A DNA stretch of 64,000 nt, taken from assembly GCA_012295275.1 (NCBI GenBank), contig CM022677.1, forward strand, positions 3,534,001 through 3,598,000. Direction: 5' to 3'. Source of the stretch: Chrysomallon squamiferum. Taxonomy: Eukaryota > Animalia > Mollusca. The notes under the pieces are model-generated. The model did not search any database. It was not told the DNA's origin and saw only the letters and a program-made list of their open reading frames with translations. Both the position numbers and the translations under genes were made by a program. Below are positions 61,147 through 64,000 of the stretch, piece after piece (position 1 is the first letter of the stretch; every line of letters begins with the position of its first letter).

Positions 61147-63865
61147 ACTGATAAATGAAAATATCTTTAAATACCATAAATCAATAAACAGATAAATAAT
61201 ATTGTATTAAATGGCAATAATGTATAAAAAGTAAAACAAATATAATTACATTACATATAAAATTCTGAAGTAACTAATGCTGATTTTGTTTTTCAGTAAT
61301 AACAACAACATAAAACTAATACAGTCATAGACACTCACACATACTTGATAGATTTAACTCTGCAACTTCCCCTCTCAGATATTTCTACAACTTTCTAACA
61401 ATAAATAACAATTATCTCTCAATTAGATCAGATCAGAAAGATAATTCTCTTATAAAAACTTAAAACTTTACGTTGCAATTTGAATAAAATAAAAATAAAC
61501 AGAAAACAAATCACTTATAAAAACTATGTATCTTTTAAAAACAAACAGTAATAAGAAAATCAAATATAATGAAAGAATAATTCCTGCTAAAGCTTATAGA
61601 TCTAAGAAAAACAGATTTCAATATTTCTGCTCCATTTAATTAAGCAATGGCTTCATTTAGTTTAGACAATAATAATTAGCAGAGATTTTAAAACATGAAA
61701 ATTAATAACCAGGTGAGCAAGCTAATTTAACCAAAACACAACCTGCAAATAAAGATTAAAAATAAAATTTAACTGAAAAGATAATTTACGATATTACAGT
61801 CCTGTAATAATGTGATAATAATAAGGATGATGATGAAGAGGATTAAAATGAAGACATTTTGTTTCATTTTTTATTTTAATTTATCTGTATGATCAGAAAA
61901 TATGAGAAAAGTAAAAGTAAACGTCACAGACTGAGTAAATTAGTGTAAAATGCTGGCATACTCAGTCTTATTAGAGTTTTGTGTGGATTAATGATATTAT
62001 GATAGAAAATAAGTGTAAACATTAATAATAATAATGATGATGATGATGATGATGATGATGATACTACTACTACTAATAATGAAAAAAATAATAATAATAA
62101 AGAAGATAAAATGCTAAAACAAAAGAAACAAAAAACAAGAATTTGTTAAAGTTAAAAAATAAAGTTTAATATAGATGATGAAAACAGATGTGACTAAATG
62201 AAGAAATGATAAACATGCTTTAAACTAATGGATGATAAAATTGTCTAATTTTACTTATAAAAGTTGAACTTAATGAATATATGTGATGCTATAATGGACC
62301 TACTGTAAAAGTAAACCTAAAAGACTGAGTAAATTAGTGTAAAAAAAAAAAAAAAAAAATCCTCAAAAACAGCTTTTTGTATGGATTAATAATGTTATGA
62401 TAGAAAACAAATGTAGAAGTAAAGGAATAACAAATAAATAAACAAATAATAATAAGAAGAAAAAATCATAAGATAAAGAAAATTTAATGATTGTAGACAC
62501 AGACACAAGACTGAAACAATGCTAATGGAAGAATGGAAATAATGAAGTATTCTAAGTTATCAGTATATTTGTATACTACAATTACTTTACTTATTATTGT
62601 ATTCTAAGTTATCAGTATATTTGTATACTACAATCACTTTACTTATTATTGTATTCTAAGTTATCAGTATATTTGTACACTACAATTACTTTACTTGTTA
62701 TTGTATTCTAAGTTATCAGTATATTTGTATACTACAATTACTTTACTTATTATTGTATTCTAAGTTATCAGTATATTTGTATACTACAATTTACTACATT
62801 AGTGAAATACATAATTTACAATTATTATTGTATTCTTTAAGTTATTAAAACTGCATCCAATTTATTGTATACTACAATTACTTTACTTATTATTGTATTC
62901 TAAGTTATCAGTATATTTGTACACTACAATTAATTTTACTTTATTATTCTAAGTATTATAAGTTATCAGTATATTTATATTCTAAGTTATCAGTATATTT
63001 GTACACTACAATTACTTTACTTATTATTGTATTCTAAGTTATCAGTATATTTGTACACTACAATTACTTTACTTATTATTGTATTCTAAGTTATCAGTAT
63101 ATTTGTAAACTACAATTACTTTACTTATTATTGTATTCTAAGTTTTGAGATGCTGAATTGAAATTAGTAAAAATAATAATAAACCTTACAATATAAAATG
63201 TCTGATGTAAGATTTGTAAAATTTAACTGAGATGCACTCACTTAAATATTCCTTTAATATTAACTTTCTTTGTTAGTATCTGACTATTATACAAGGATCT
63301 TTTAAAACCTGAAATCATCCATTTTAAATAAAAAAAAGTATTTACATAAGTATACACACTAAAACTGAATTTTACAAATCCTAATTTTCCAGTACAATAA
63401 ACTATTTCATAAACTGAAATAATAAAAGATATAATACAATTACTTGGAAAGTCAATTTTGTTTAACACAAATTCTGAATCATAACTAAAAACTCTCACAA
63501 AACTTACTTTCTGCTTCTTGCCCATTCAGAAGCTGTCCTGTCTCTGTCAGTTTTATCATTTCAAACCAGAAGATCAGCTCTGTGAGAAAGGCTGACAGGT
63601 TTTCTTGTACGCTATCTCGTGTTTACAGAAGATCAGCTCTGTGAGAAAGGCTGACAGGTTCTCTTGTACGCTATCTCGTGTTTACAGAAGATCAGCTCTG
63701 TGAGAAAGGCTGACAGGTTTTCTTGTACGCTATCTCATGTTTACAGAAGATCCTCGTAGGTGAAGTACACAAAGTTGATGGTAAGATGCTGATCACAGAA
63801 TGTTTTGATGAGGCATAGATTACATAAAGAATGAACTAATCCTAACCCATCTTCCTAACATGTAT
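60080..63865 (-). pseudogene. CAMSAP/Patronin remnant B: second half of the CH domain plus the CKK domain
   Basis: Exon 63865-63508 reads SLCNLCLIKTFCDQHL...FTYEDLL*...AFLTELIFWFE. Exon 61074-60912 reads ELAESDVKHFVILFCDGGCQHKAL..FTPETDEL / GPEEIPSKMIHRFY. Exon 60218-~60080 reads YNYVAKSF / TKHLSVSIDAVVINNSLWK. These match CKK HYIILFRDAGCQFRALY...VSVDALTIHNHLW. Confidence 0.9.
62547..63143. repeat. ~54-bp minisatellite x~11
   Basis: Unit gtattctaagttatcagtatatttgtatactacaattactttacttattatt. Confidence 0.9.
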
Positions 63866-63908
63866 CTGAAAAATAAATAAATAATAAATAAAGCAATTAG
63901 TATTTTAT

Positions 63909-64000
<92 letters not shown>

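Overview
AT-rich, microsatellite-laden animal genomic DNA with GT-AG introns; the 5S rRNA sequence suggests a lophotrochozoan, probably a mollusc. Most ORF-track entries are simple-repeat artefacts. Manual exon translation shows a dense mosaic of intron-retaining gene fragments. These are a 5'-truncated, frameshifted cytoplasmic aspartyl-tRNA synthetase (DARS1, -), an EGFR-like gene with only signal peptide + L1 domain (+), a collagen IV NC1 fragment (+), two decayed DHX8/PRP22 3' halves (+), two CAMSAP/Patronin remnants plus a third downstream-flank trace (-), and a decayed methionyl-tRNA synthetase (MARS1, +). The only complete genes are an intronless, divergent CAB39/MO25 ORF and one 5S rRNA gene in a modular spacer. 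MULE, pogo/Tigger-type MITE, LINE RNase H and tRNA-SINE remnants and many minisatellites are also present. Protein identifications come from motif recall against remembered human/metazoan sequences, not from database searches.
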